A stretch of DNA of 63,721 bases, counting the filler, from Chlamydiia bacterium (GTDB lineage Bacteria > Chlamydiota > Chlamydiia > Chlamydiales > FEN-1388): NCBI GenBank assembly GCA_903848235.1. It is 8 parts of 8 records of this genome, joined end to end, with 100 filler letters (N's around TTAATTAATTAA, not from the genome) between each part and the next. Parts side by side here need not be neighbours in the genome. Positions count along the whole stretch, not along the records: positions 25,132 to 41,808 come from CAINFV010000100.1; positions 41,909 to 55,149 come from CAINFV010000101.1; 6 more parts are not named here. One strand, given 5' to 3'. This document shows positions 38,077 through 47,775 of the stretch, in pieces. How positions within the stretch are numbered: position 1 is the first letter of the stretch; each line of letters starts with the position of its first letter. The notes under the pieces were generated by a model. It was not told the origin of the DNA. It worked only from the letters and a program-made list of their open reading frames with translations, and did no database searches. The translations under genes and the position numbers were made by a program.

Positions 38077-40212
38077 ATGGCAGAAGCAGCAAGAGGTGAT
38101 AAGCCTAAAATTGACGTTTCTCTGCCTGTTATATCACCAGAAAAGATCGCTAGCGAAGGGAGCATAGGCGAGCATGCTGTCCAAAAGATTCCTGTGCGAG
38201 CGCCTGTGACACCAGTAGCATGTGAAGCTGCAAGAGTGTTCAGTGTATCTGAAGAGCGAGCTCTAGAAAGGGTGGCATCCGTTCGCTCGGGAGAGAAGGT
38301 CGAAGAGCGTCACATTGAACAAGCTGCAGTAAAAACGCCGTTAGAAGAACGGGTGGAAGAAGTGCAATTATTGGTTGTACCTCAAACGTCCCTTCAGGCG
38401 GCAGCGTTGCGGCTAAAAGAAGTGTGGCCTCTGTCTGGGCATCCTCCCGCTGCACATAAGGAACGTACCCTAGATGAGCATATTGAAGAGGTAGAGATTG
38501 GCCTCATTCCTACTTTTCCGATCCCAGGTCGTGGCTTAGGGCCCTTTCGTATGGAGCAACGAATGAGAGACTTAGGGGTTTCCGATGTCCGTGTGGCAGT
38601 GATCAATGGTGGGCGGATCGAGTGGTCTAGGGAGTGGTCGCGCGAATGTGTTGGCAAAATGGACGAACGACCAGGCACCCTGCTCCAGGCAGCTTCGATA
38701 ACGAAAACCGTTACTGCTCTGACGATTTTATCCTTAATGGGCGATGAGAAATACAAAGAAAAATTTGATCGTGGATTAGATACTGACATTCGGACAATTT
38801 TGGTCGACCCTCTTTTATGGGCGCAAATCGATCCAAAAGGTGTTTCATTACAAGCGGGTCATGAGATTACTCTGCGAAAGCTTCTCTCCCATACGGCTGG
38901 AATATCAGAACTGACGGGAGATGGGCTCTTTTATAGTGTAGAGGCTATCGATCGAGAAGACAGAGAAGTGCAACACAGAATTGCTGCGCTAACACAGACA
39001 CTTTCGTCGCCTTCTTTTCAAGGAGATAGGAGGCCATTGGAAACGGAAGTGCTTCTGTTGCAGAAGAGACATCAGGAATTAGAAGAGATGCGCAGTGATG
39101 TGAGGAAGGCCTTACATAAGCCTGTGTCCTCTGACGACATTCTGATGGGAAGGCTTGGACAACTCAGTGAGGAGCTTGGGAAAGTGTATGTTGAGTCCGT
39201 GCCTCGAGATTCTTTCAAGTATTCTAATCTAGGGTTTACCCTGCTTCAAAAAGTCATTGAAACAGTAACGACGCCGATGCCTTTTGAGGAGGTTGTCCAC
39301 CATAGAGTCCTGTCTCCATTGGGGATGGAAGAAACAACCTTCTCGCCTCCAGTTGAAAGCGTCATCGGAGGAAATGATAACAATGGAGAGCCTCTGCGCG
39401 GTATTTGGCGAGCCATCCCATATGCGGCGGCAGGGGGGCTGTGGACAAATGCTAAGGACTTTGCAAAAGTGGTTCTTGGAATTCAAGGTGCCCTTGCTGG
39501 CAGGCCAATGTCAGATGGCGGCCCTCCTCTCATTGGCAAGGAATTGGCAGGACAGATGATGTCCAGGCCTCCTGCCGAAGATCGGCATCACTATGCTCTC
39601 GGAGTCATGGTTGAGCAAACAGAAGAAGGCCATCTGTATTTTTGTCATAAGGGCGGGAACGGAGGATGTAGTAATCTGATGTTGGGAGATACTGAGGGGC
39701 GTGGGGTTATCATTTTAACAAACTCAGAGATTGGTGGTCATATCCTTGTTCCCGAAATACTACGGAGCGTTGCTCAATCATATGAATGGCCTGGAGTAGA
39801 AACTCTACCGGTTGCTGAAGTTTTGGTGAAACCAGAAGAGGTCTGTCCTGTCAATCTCGAGACCTGGGTTCATGGGGATGGTGGAATTGGAGGTACATAC
39901 GTCGTCAAGATAGAGCATAGTGGTGAAGAGCCCGAAATGCACACCGTTGAGGTAGTTTATGAGGGAGGTCAAGCTCTTGCGAAAATTGATGGTGGTGAAC
40001 CGGAGAAAGAGGAAAGTCCTGTGAAAACAGGTGGAGAGAAACCGAAGAGGGGACAAACCATTTCGCTTATTCCTTTAAATCAGGAAGTAGCGTGCCTTCC
40101 TGGAGGCTCACTAGGAGAGTACAACTTATGTCGTTTTACTCAAGAGGATGATGGAACAATGGTTCTTCTTCTCTTTGGGCAGAGACATATTGGCCCTAAA
40201 AAAGCCAAGTAG
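38077..40212 (+). CDS. Beta-lactamase/serine hydrolase family protein with extensions
   Basis: AASITK (SxxK), LLSHTAG, FKYSN, AAGGLW and HKGG. Confidence 0.85.
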   Translation: MAEAARGDKPKIDVSLPVISPEKIASEGSIGEHAVQKIPVRAPVTPVACEAARVFSVSEERALERVASVRSGEKVEERHIEQAAVKTPLEERVEEVQLLVVPQTSLQAAALRLKEVWPLSGHPPAAHKERTLDEHIEEVEIGLIPTFPIPGRGLGPFRMEQRMRDLGVSDVRVAVINGGRIEWSREWSRECVGKMDERPGTLLQAASITKTVTALTILSLMGDEKYKEKFDRGLDTDIRTILVDPLLWAQIDPKGVSLQAGHEITLRKLLSHTAGISELTGDGLFYSVEAIDREDREVQHRIAALTQTLSSPSFQGDRRPLETEVLLLQKRHQELEEMRSDVRKALHKPVSSDDILMGRLGQLSEELGKVYVESVPRDSFKYSNLGFTLLQKVIETVTTPMPFEEVVHHRVLSPLGMEETTFSPPVESVIGGNDNNGEPLRGIWRAIPYAAAGGLWTNAKDFAKVVLGIQGALAGRPMSDGGPPLIGKELAGQMMSRPPAEDRHHYALGVMVEQTEEGHLYFCHKGGNGGCSNLMLGDTEGRGVIILTNSEIGGHILVPEILRSVAQSYEWPGVETLPVAEVLVKPEEVCPVNLETWVHGDGGIGGTYVVKIEHSGEEPEMHTVEVVYEGGQALAKIDGGEPEKEESPVKTGGEKPKRGQTISLIPLNQEVACLPGGSLGEYNLCRFTQEDDGTMVLLLFGQRHIGPKKAK

Positions 40213-40256
40213 TTATTTCGCATGAGGTCAATTACTACCTACGTTGCCGCCTTTTT

Positions 40257-40631
40257 TTAGGGATGGTGTGTCGATGAGCCGACTTTCGTACGTGTTTCAC
40301 CGTAAGATAACTGATAGGCGTTAGCTGAAGCCTTTAACGCCCTGATTTCACATAGATGGCGCTGTTCGATACTCCCTAATTGACTCTGCAGATTCCTTAT
40401 TTGAGACTCTTGGGAATTGATCATGATGAGGTTCCGACTCCTAAGAAGAGAGAGGTCTCTTCGTAGTGCTTCTACGAGCTCGTTCTGTTCCCTTAAAGAT
40501 CTTTCCAGCGGCTCTTTAGTTCCTAGTAGGTGATCATACGTGATGACTAAATCCTCATAACGTTGCTTGAAGTCGTGTTGCACGAGAGAATGGGTAAGAG
40601 ATTCCAGTTGAGATTGATGATCTGCAATCAT
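40257..40631 (-). CDS. Coiled-coil hypothetical protein, possibly a fragment
   Basis: 124-aa heptad-rich ORF. Confidence 0.4.
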   Translation of the reverse strand: MIADHQSQLESLTHSLVQHDFKQRYEDLVITYDHLLGTKEPLERSLREQNELVEALRRDLSLLRSRNLIMINSQESQIRNLQSQLGSIEQRHLCEIRALKASANAYQLSYGETRTKVGSSTHHP

Positions 40632-40953
40632 TCTCGTAAGCCGAGCGATTTCTTCTTCCTTTGGCAGAACTGGTTATCTAATCCTCCGGCGCCAATGGCA
40701 GAGACCTTTGCGGACAGCTATATGCTTCTTCCTATAGTGAGGGCAGTTAATTTCCCATTTACGGAGCAACTCCTCTCGGTGGTGTCGCCGTCGCTCTAGA
40801 CTCTTTTCTAAGGATCGACATAATTGGCAGGACGTTGGTAATCTCTCTGCAAGTATTCTTTTTTTTCCAATCTGTTTTTTTACTCATTGGGTCTAGGGGA
40901 ATGCGTAACGTTTTTCATTCACAACAATCAATTTTTTCTCAAAAGGAGGAAAA

Positions 40954-41808
40954 ATGAGCTCGGCTAGCACTATCACTTCGCTCCCATTTGTAGCCGCAAG
41001 AGGTGTCTTAAACACGGTCGACAAAGTAATTGATCCTCTCTGCTACGTAGAATTGCTTGCAACGCCTCCACGAATTGTCCAGATCGCCATCAATGGTTTA
41101 GGGCTGGTGGGAGTTGGCGCCGGAGCTGTTGCCACAAGCCTCATCGGTGAGGCACCTCTTCCAAGGGGACTCAGAGAAAGAGTTTCTCTTTGGAACAATG
41201 ATGCGTGGGCGCTTTCATCAGAGCTGGTGAAAAAGATCGGGCGTCTCTCCATAGCGGCCATTCCCTTTGCGGGAAACAGGACTCTCAGAAGTCTTGATGC
41301 TGCCTCTGCTGCTGCCGCCCGTCTTTCTAGGGAAAATGGTGACCTTCGAGCGTTGACTATGACTCAAAATGAGGAGGCACTACAGCACCTTAAGACGATC
41401 GGAGGGCTTCGTGAACAAGTCCAGGCACTTCAGTCAGACCACAAGCAAGTCCAGCAATTGATCACGGCGCGAAAAGCTCTTGAAAAACACGCTGTTGATC
41501 GAGAAAGGACCCAGGCAAAACTTGCTGAGGAGAAAAGAGAACATGAGCAGCAAGCTGCACAATTAAAAGCAAGAACGGGCGAACTGCAAGAACAATTAAA
41601 ACAATTGTCGCAGATGATTTTCTCGCTGACATCGCAGATGCAAGAGAAAGAAAAGACTGCTTCAGAAGTAGAGAAAATGCTTTTGTCATCACAACAACAT
41701 CTTGCAAGTTCTTCCGAAGCTGTTGGTTCAGCACGGTCTCTTGAAATAAAGATATCGGATTTGCAGGAACAAATTATGAAATTAACCTTACAGCAAGCAT
41801 CACTTGAA
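40954..41808 (+). CDS. Hydrophobic N-terminus + coiled-coil protein (IncA-like layout), partial
   Basis: AGGAGG RBS; S/T-rich start, hydrophobic segment, long coiled coil; cut by the gap. Confidence 0.7.
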
Positions 41809-41913
41809 NNNNNNNNNNNNNNNNNNNNNNNNNNNNNNNNNNNNNNNNNNNNTTAATTAATTAANNNNNNNNNNNNNNNNNNNNNNNNNNNNNNNNNNNN
41901 NNNNNNNNAAATG

Positions 41914-41943
41914 CAAAACCCCGGTTTTAACGCCGGGGTTTTG
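41914..41943 (-). terminator. Rho-independent terminator of the RRM gene
   Basis: CAAAACCCCGG-N8-CCGGGGTTTTG. Confidence 0.7.
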
Positions 41944-41989
41944 TGTGAACTTCACAGACCTAGAACATAATCTAGGGAAGAATCAACGA

Positions 41990-42346
41990 CTATTCGTCGC
42001 GGGATTCTTCATAGTGAGGACGGCGTGGAGGACGGCGTTCATCGCCACCTCGTTGTGGTGCACCGTAGCCACCGCCTGAGCGAGCTTGGCGTGGTGCGCC
42101 AGCTTGCTCTTGACGTGCGCGGCTGACGCGCAGTGGTCTGTTCAAGAAAGGACTGTCATTGAGTTGGCGGACGGCCTCGTCGCCTGCGGATTCGTCTTCC
42201 ATTTCAACGAAACCAAACCCTTTGGAACGTCCTGTATAGGGATCGGTTACAATCCTTACAGACACTACTTTACCAAACGCCTCAAACAATGGCTTCAATG
42301 TTTCTTCCGTGGCGTTCCAGGACAAATTCCCAACAAAAAGCTTCAT
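41990..42346 (-). CDS. RRM (RNP-1) RNA-binding protein
   Basis: KLFVGNL and RSKGFGFVEM; Gly/Arg-rich tail. Confidence 0.95.
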   Translation of the reverse strand: MKLFVGNLSWNATEETLKPLFEAFGKVVSVRIVTDPYTGRSKGFGFVEMEDESAGDEAVRQLNDSPFLNRPLRVSRARQEQAGAPRQARSGGGYGAPQRGGDERRPPRRPHYEESRDE

Positions 42347-42674
42347 AACGATCTCCAAAAAACAAAAAAACATAACATGTTTGGCTCAAGCACTCAGGAG
42401 GCAACGCTTCTCATGAAGATCACGGAAGTATACTCAGAAGAGCTCCTGCCAAACGTTCATAGCACCTATAGTCAACACATACAAGCTAAAGAGATGGCAA
42501 GAGGCAAGAAGAGTGAAGTCTTTTTAGGATTTTGCAACCCTACCGTACCTCACAACCCATTGTCCTTATTGCTCACGGCGCGGCCGTCCTTTCATTCTCC
42601 AGGCACAGATATGATACTAAGGTCAGTAGTTGTTATATCAAATTCTAGCGAATACTCAAAGAGGTTTTATCCAG

Positions 42675-43430
42675 TTAACCAATACGTTTCATCGAAAGAG
42701 ATGCACTGCACGCCGGACTTAATGCAGGGATATATAAGTCTAATGGAACAGGCTCTACGCAACAAAGAGTAACGCCATCTCCAGCATTCAGCTTCATGAT
42801 CCACTGATTGGATTGCGTGAAATTCAAGCTGTCTCCATCAACATCGTAGCTAGCAGGGATAACCCAAAGGGGCATCGCAGGGGCATTATCATTCACCGAA
42901 ATACCAAATGTCACTTGAGAAGAACTCGTATTGGGCGCCTTCGCCTGCAGGTATGCTGAAATTTGATAGTCCCCTGTCTCAAGAACTGTCAGGGTAGGCT
43001 CTTCGGCTGAGAATTGAACGTTAACCGATCTCTCGCCCCCAGAATTCATTGCTATAGACGGGGGCTTCGTCATCATGAAATCTTGTGTGAGAACCAAAAA
43101 AGCTTCTCCGAAGGCAGAAACAATTCCTGCACCAGGAATTCCTTGTGCGCCCTGAGGCCCCTGGGCGCCTTGTGGGCCAGGAATCCCACGTGGCCCTTGG
43201 GGGCCAGGAATTCCTTGAAGGCCGACAGGACCCGGAACAGCACGATCCCTTCGCCCCTTTCGATTTTCTCTCGTGGGATGTCCCTTCTTCACATGTTGAG
43301 AATCCGAGGAAACTTCGTAGAGTTGAAGATTCTCAACCTGATCGCTAGTACCACTCAAACTAGTAGCTTCCAAAAAGGAACAGGTAATGCCAAGAGTCAT
43401 ACACATACAGGAGCACATCAATGTCAACAT
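42675..43430 (-). CDS. Exported collagen-like protein with BclA/C1q-like C-terminal domain
   Basis: About 11 Gly-X-Y triplets ([34 protein letters not shown]). Confidence 0.8.
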   Translation of the reverse strand: MLTLMCSCMCMTLGITCSFLEATSLSGTSDQVENLQLYEVSSDSQHVKKGHPTRENRKGRRDRAVPGPVGLQGIPGPQGPRGIPGPQGAQGPQGAQGIPGAGIVSAFGEAFLVLTQDFMMTKPPSIAMNSGGERSVNVQFSAEEPTLTVLETGDYQISAYLQAKAPNTSSSQVTFGISVNDNAPAMPLWVIPASYDVDGDSLNFTQSNQWIMKLNAGDGVTLCCVEPVPLDLYIPALSPACSASLSMKRIG

Positions 43431-43716
43431 CCTCGCGAATCCTCCACAAATGAAACAAGAAATTGAAAACGAAAAAAATCTTTACCATACTTTCGTTATC
43501 TTCGTCAACAAACGGTTTCAATCATGTGGAGTTTCTCGCTTCTAACCGATGCAAAGCTCCTCTTGATGATTTTTTTTTATTCTTCGATAGAGTATACTAG
43601 TGCAAATAACCTATGTTGCTTGCCTCTTCAGAGAAGAAGATGCCGTCGAAAGATTGCATCAGTCACCGTTTTATAGCTTATAACGTAGTGCTAGACAGGC
43701 AACTTGGGTTCATAGT

Positions 43717-44502
43717 ATGGGGGCGCTTGGGTACATGGTCTTAAGGCCAGTGTGTGTTGTCATTCCTGCCCGCTACAGCAGTACTCGATTCCCTGGAAAG
43801 TCTCTTGTCAAGATTCATGGGGTGTGTCTGTTAGAGCGAACATATCAATGTGTCATGCACTGTCAGCTCATCAACCATTGCGTCATCGCTACCGATGATG
43901 AACGAATTGCAAAGGCAGCACGCTCCTTCGGCGCAGACGTCGTGATGACATCGGTGAATTGTGCCAGTGGTACTGATCGTATTGCAGAAGCGGTGCGCTC
44001 ACGAGATGACCTCGCACAGGCCGAGATTATTGTGAACGTTCAAGGTGACGAGCCTTGTATCGATCCTCATACCATCGCAAAAGTAGTAGAGATTCTCCGA
44101 AAATCTCCCGAGGATAGTATTGGAACAGCCGTCGCTCCAATTCGTTCGGTAGAAGAGCTCGACAATATAAACATTACGAAGTGCGTAAAAACAGCAACGG
44201 GCAGAGCACTCTATTTCAGCCGCCATGCCATACCAGGTTCTAAGAATGGCATTTGCATGAATGCCATTCCCTACTATCGGCATGTCGGGGTCTATGCATA
44301 TAGGCCGGATTTTCTCTTGCGATTCGCTGCTCTGCCACCAACACCGCTGCAACTTGCAGAAGACCTTGAAATGCTGCGAGCCATGGAACATGGATTTACC
44401 ATTGCAGTAGCAGAAGTCCAACATCATAGCCCAGACGTCAACGTTCCGTCTGATATTCAGGAGGTAGAACAGTGGATAAAGAGCCAGTCTTTTTATTCGT
44501 AA
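43717..44502 (+). CDS. kdsB: 3-deoxy-manno-octulosonate cytidylyltransferase
   Basis: IPARYSSTRFPGK, SGTDR, VNVQGDEP and EDLEMLRA. Confidence 0.95.
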   Translation: MGALGYMVLRPVCVVIPARYSSTRFPGKSLVKIHGVCLLERTYQCVMHCQLINHCVIATDDERIAKAARSFGADVVMTSVNCASGTDRIAEAVRSRDDLAQAEIIVNVQGDEPCIDPHTIAKVVEILRKSPEDSIGTAVAPIRSVEELDNINITKCVKTATGRALYFSRHAIPGSKNGICMNAIPYYRHVGVYAYRPDFLLRFAALPPTPLQLAEDLEMLRAMEHGFTIAVAEVQHHSPDVNVPSDIQEVEQWIKSQSFYS

Positions 44503-46100
44503 CAGGTGGTGTCATCTCATCCTTAGGAAAGGGTATCGCAGCATCGGCAATTGGCCTTTTGCTCGAACGCCAGGGATATCCAGTGGCCATGATGAAACTC
44601 GATCCCTATCTGAACATCGATCCGGGTACGATGAGCCCCTTTCAACATGGCGAAGTGTATGTGACTGATGACGGCGCAGAGACAGATTTAGACCTTGGCC
44701 ACTACTCACGCTTCACCCATACGCCGCTGAGCAAAATTTCTACCGTCTCCTCCGGGCAGATCTACGAAGAAGTGCTCAAAAAAGAACGACGAGGAGATTT
44801 CTTGGGGTCTACGGTCCAAGTCATCCCTCATGTCACGGAAGAAATAAAACGTCGCTTCAGAGTCTGCGCAGAACAACTCCATGGCTTTGGCTTTGTTATC
44901 GCAGAGATCGGCGGCACCGTCGGAGACATCGAATCACAACCTTTCCTTGAGGCTATACGCCAGTTTCGCTACGAGAAAGGGCACTCCTGTCTGAACGTCC
45001 ATGTGACATACGTGCCTTACATCAAAGCTGCAGGAGAGCAGAAAACAAAACCTACGCAGCACTCCGTCCAAGCTCTTCGGCAGATTGGTATTTTCCCAGA
45101 TCTTATCTTATGCCGCTCTGAAACAACTGTGGGGCCTGATGAACGGGCAAAAATAAGTCTTTTCTGCAATGTCCCCGACAATTCTGTCTTCGACGTTCCC
45201 GACGTAGATCTCATCTACGACGTCCCCATCGTTCTGCATAATCAGAATATTGAGGGTGCCATTCTGCAGCGGTTCGGGTTGAAGGAAAAGGCCGTTGACC
45301 TCAGCGACTGGCAGCGGAGCAGCCGTCCGTCGGTGTCCACACCTCCTGTCGTTAAAATCGGCGTTGTGGGGAAATATGTGAAACATCAAGACGCCTACAA
45401 ATCGCTGTATGAATCGCTCTACCATGCCTCATGCAAAGTAGGATGCCAGCTAAAAATCGAAAAGCTAGATCCTGAAAAAATTGAGGGTGAGTTCCCCTCC
45501 ACTTTTAAAGACCTTGATGGATACTTAGTGCCAGGAGGCTTTGGTCTGAGAGGATGGGAGGGCAAGATAGCCACGGCTACATACTGTAGGACATCAAAAA
45601 TCCCATACTTTGGTATCTGCCTTGGTATGCAGGTGCTGGCTGTAGAGTTCGCACGAGAGGTCCTTGGCTTACAGGATGCTAACTCCACAGAGATCAATGC
45701 TCAAACCCTCCATCCCGTCATCTCTCTTCTCTCAGAGCAAAAAGAAGTTGCCAATCTTGGCGGCACGATGCGCCTTGGCGCCTACCCATGCAAACTCCAC
45801 GAAGCGTCATTAGCATTCCAGGCCTATGGCTCTCATACGATCAGTGAACGCCATCGCCATCGCTATGAATTTAACTCCAAATATCTTGCCGATTTTTGTA
45901 AAAAAGGTGCCCATATTACAGGGACAAGCCCCGACGGCTCTCTTTGCGAGGTTATTGAAGTGACAAATCATCCGTGGATGTTGGGCGCCCAATTCCATCC
46001 GGAATTTAAGTCCAAGCCAACGGCACCACACCCTCTTTTCGTTGCCTTTCTCCAAGCTTCCCTCGACAACGCACAGGCAAAAACAGGGAAACTTAAATGA
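44472..46100 (+). CDS. pyrG: CTP synthase
   Basis: VTGGVISSLGKG, DPGTMSPFQHGEV, GICLGMQ and QFHPEF. Confidence 0.97.
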   Translation: MDKEPVFLFVTGGVISSLGKGIAASAIGLLLERQGYPVAMMKLDPYLNIDPGTMSPFQHGEVYVTDDGAETDLDLGHYSRFTHTPLSKISTVSSGQIYEEVLKKERRGDFLGSTVQVIPHVTEEIKRRFRVCAEQLHGFGFVIAEIGGTVGDIESQPFLEAIRQFRYEKGHSCLNVHVTYVPYIKAAGEQKTKPTQHSVQALRQIGIFPDLILCRSETTVGPDERAKISLFCNVPDNSVFDVPDVDLIYDVPIVLHNQNIEGAILQRFGLKEKAVDLSDWQRSSRPSVSTPPVVKIGVVGKYVKHQDAYKSLYESLYHASCKVGCQLKIEKLDPEKIEGEFPSTFKDLDGYLVPGGFGLRGWEGKIATATYCRTSKIPYFGICLGMQVLAVEFAREVLGLQDANSTEINAQTLHPVISLLSEQKEVANLGGTMRLGAYPCKLHEASLAFQAYGSHTISERHRHRYEFNSKYLADFCKKGAHITGTSPDGSLCEVIEVTNHPWMLGAQFHPEFKSKPTAPHPLFVAFLQASLDNAQAKTGKLK

Positions 46101-46534
46101 AGAAGAGACTCCTTGGTGTAGACTTTGGTCATGTGCGCATCGGCCTTTCTCTTTCAGATCCTCTGAATATCATTGCAAGCCCGCTTCCTACAATCCAAGG
46201 GTCAAGAAACCCTGCAGTAGCAGCACAACATGTTGCCGCAGAAATTCAAAAAAGAAAGCTTGACATCGGACAGATCATCGTCGGGCTCCCGCTCCATATG
46301 AATGGAAAGGAGTCCGAACGGTCTGTAGAGGTAAGAGCGTTTGCTGTCGCCTTAGAAGAACAGGTCGGCATTCATGTCCACCTATTCGATGAACGCCTTA
46401 CCTCTGTCCAGGCAGAGCGCCTCATGAAAAATGCAGAGATGACACGGAAGGAACGGGCTTCATCAGTAGATGGTGTTGCAAGTACCATTCTCCTCCAGTG
46501 TTTTCTTGATCTTCAAGGATGTACACTATCGTGA
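46097..46534 (+). CDS. yqgF: Pre-16S rRNA nuclease YqgF/RuvX
   Basis: LGVDFG..RIGL, VGLP and DERLTS. Confidence 0.93.
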   Translation: MKKRLLGVDFGHVRIGLSLSDPLNIIASPLPTIQGSRNPAVAAQHVAAEIQKRKLDIGQIIVGLPLHMNGKESERSVEVRAFAVALEEQVGIHVHLFDERLTSVQAERLMKNAEMTRKERASSVDGVASTILLQCFLDLQGCTLS

Positions 46535-47751
46535 GCTCTCCTGTATTCATCCACATACTGAGTCTTGATACGATAGGAGGCGTAGAATCCCTCTATGTCC
46601 ATTTCATCACAGAAGCGCTGTCTCAAGGCACAGTGGCGCACTACACATCAGTCAGCGGAAAGCCTCCTCACAAAAAGTTAGCAGCCCATTTTGATACGCT
46701 ATGCTATAAGACGTTTCTCGAAGAGCATATCATGGGGATTCGCCTTCCTAAATTCCTCCGCAGTATCGTCCGTCTTCGGCGGTCAATGGTTCATGACATC
46801 GTCAAACCAACATTCTGGACTTTCTGGAATCGAATCGAAGAGGGTTCCATCCCTGGGCCATCAGCGTACTACGAACACGGTGCTGCATGGAATGTAGCGC
46901 CCTCCAAAAAACGAAAGCGATTTCTTAGTAGCTGTTCGTGCTTTATTGCAAATTCTCATGCCGCAGCCCTTGTCCTCAAACAAAAATGGGACATCCAATC
47001 CCCTATCACGGTCATTCCCAATCCCCTACGTCCCGACATCTCGATCATCGACACCCCAAGAACACTTGTCAGCTCACACCCTCTGCGCTTAGGATTCATA
47101 GGTCGTCTTGTCTCGGTAAAAGGGTTGCTCGTCGCTCTTCACACCCTCAAAACTCTCATTGACAGAGGTATTAACGCCTCTCTTTCTATCGCCGGCGTCG
47201 GGCATCTCGAAGAGACAGGAAAACAGTGTGCATTGGCATTAGGCATCTCCTCTTCTGTCATCTGGAAAGGATGCCTCGACTGTGTGACAGACTTCTACGA
47301 TACCATCGACGTCCTTCTCGTACCTTCCATACGAGAGCCTCTAGGGTTAGTGTCGCTCGAAGCTGCTGCTCGTGGCGTCCCAGTGATTGCCGCGGCGGTT
47401 GACGGGCTGCCAGAAGCAGTCCTTGATGGAAAGACAGGAGAATGCATTCTCCCTACGCTAAGTCTCCACGAAGCCCGAGAATTTCTCATCGATCATGGCA
47501 CCCTGCCTGACCTTGTCGTGGATATTCAAGAGCAGGCCCTCAGGCCGCCAAAGGTTGTCGACCCACGTCTTTTTGCCGATGCTGTAGAACGTCTTCTTTC
47601 TAACACAACACGCTACAATGAGTTCAGCTCAAACGGCATTTCTCACGCACGGTCGCGTTCCGACTTTCATTCATATTTCAATACATTGCAAAACGTACTA
47701 CAATGTTCGTCTGATATAGAAGGTGAGGATAACCCCTCTGCCGTTTCGTAA
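46519..47751 (+). CDS. GT4-family glycosyltransferase
   Basis: FIGRL..VKG and PSIREPLGLVSLEA. Confidence 0.88.
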   Translation: MYTIVSSPVFIHILSLDTIGGVESLYVHFITEALSQGTVAHYTSVSGKPPHKKLAAHFDTLCYKTFLEEHIMGIRLPKFLRSIVRLRRSMVHDIVKPTFWTFWNRIEEGSIPGPSAYYEHGAAWNVAPSKKRKRFLSSCSCFIANSHAAALVLKQKWDIQSPITVIPNPLRPDISIIDTPRTLVSSHPLRLGFIGRLVSVKGLLVALHTLKTLIDRGINASLSIAGVGHLEETGKQCALALGISSSVIWKGCLDCVTDFYDTIDVLLVPSIREPLGLVSLEAAARGVPVIAAAVDGLPEAVLDGKTGECILPTLSLHEAREFLIDHGTLPDLVVDIQEQALRPPKVVDPRLFADAVERLLSNTTRYNEFSSNGISHARSRSDFHSYFNTLQNVLQCSSDIEGEDNPSAVS

Positions 47752-47775
47752 ACTCACCAAAAAGGAGTTCCGGGC

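Noticed and set aside
42086..42772. 228-aa + strand ORF, and similar antisense ORFs such as 58401-59024 and 6018-6482
   Set aside because: Shadow frames of well-supported genes on the opposite strand.
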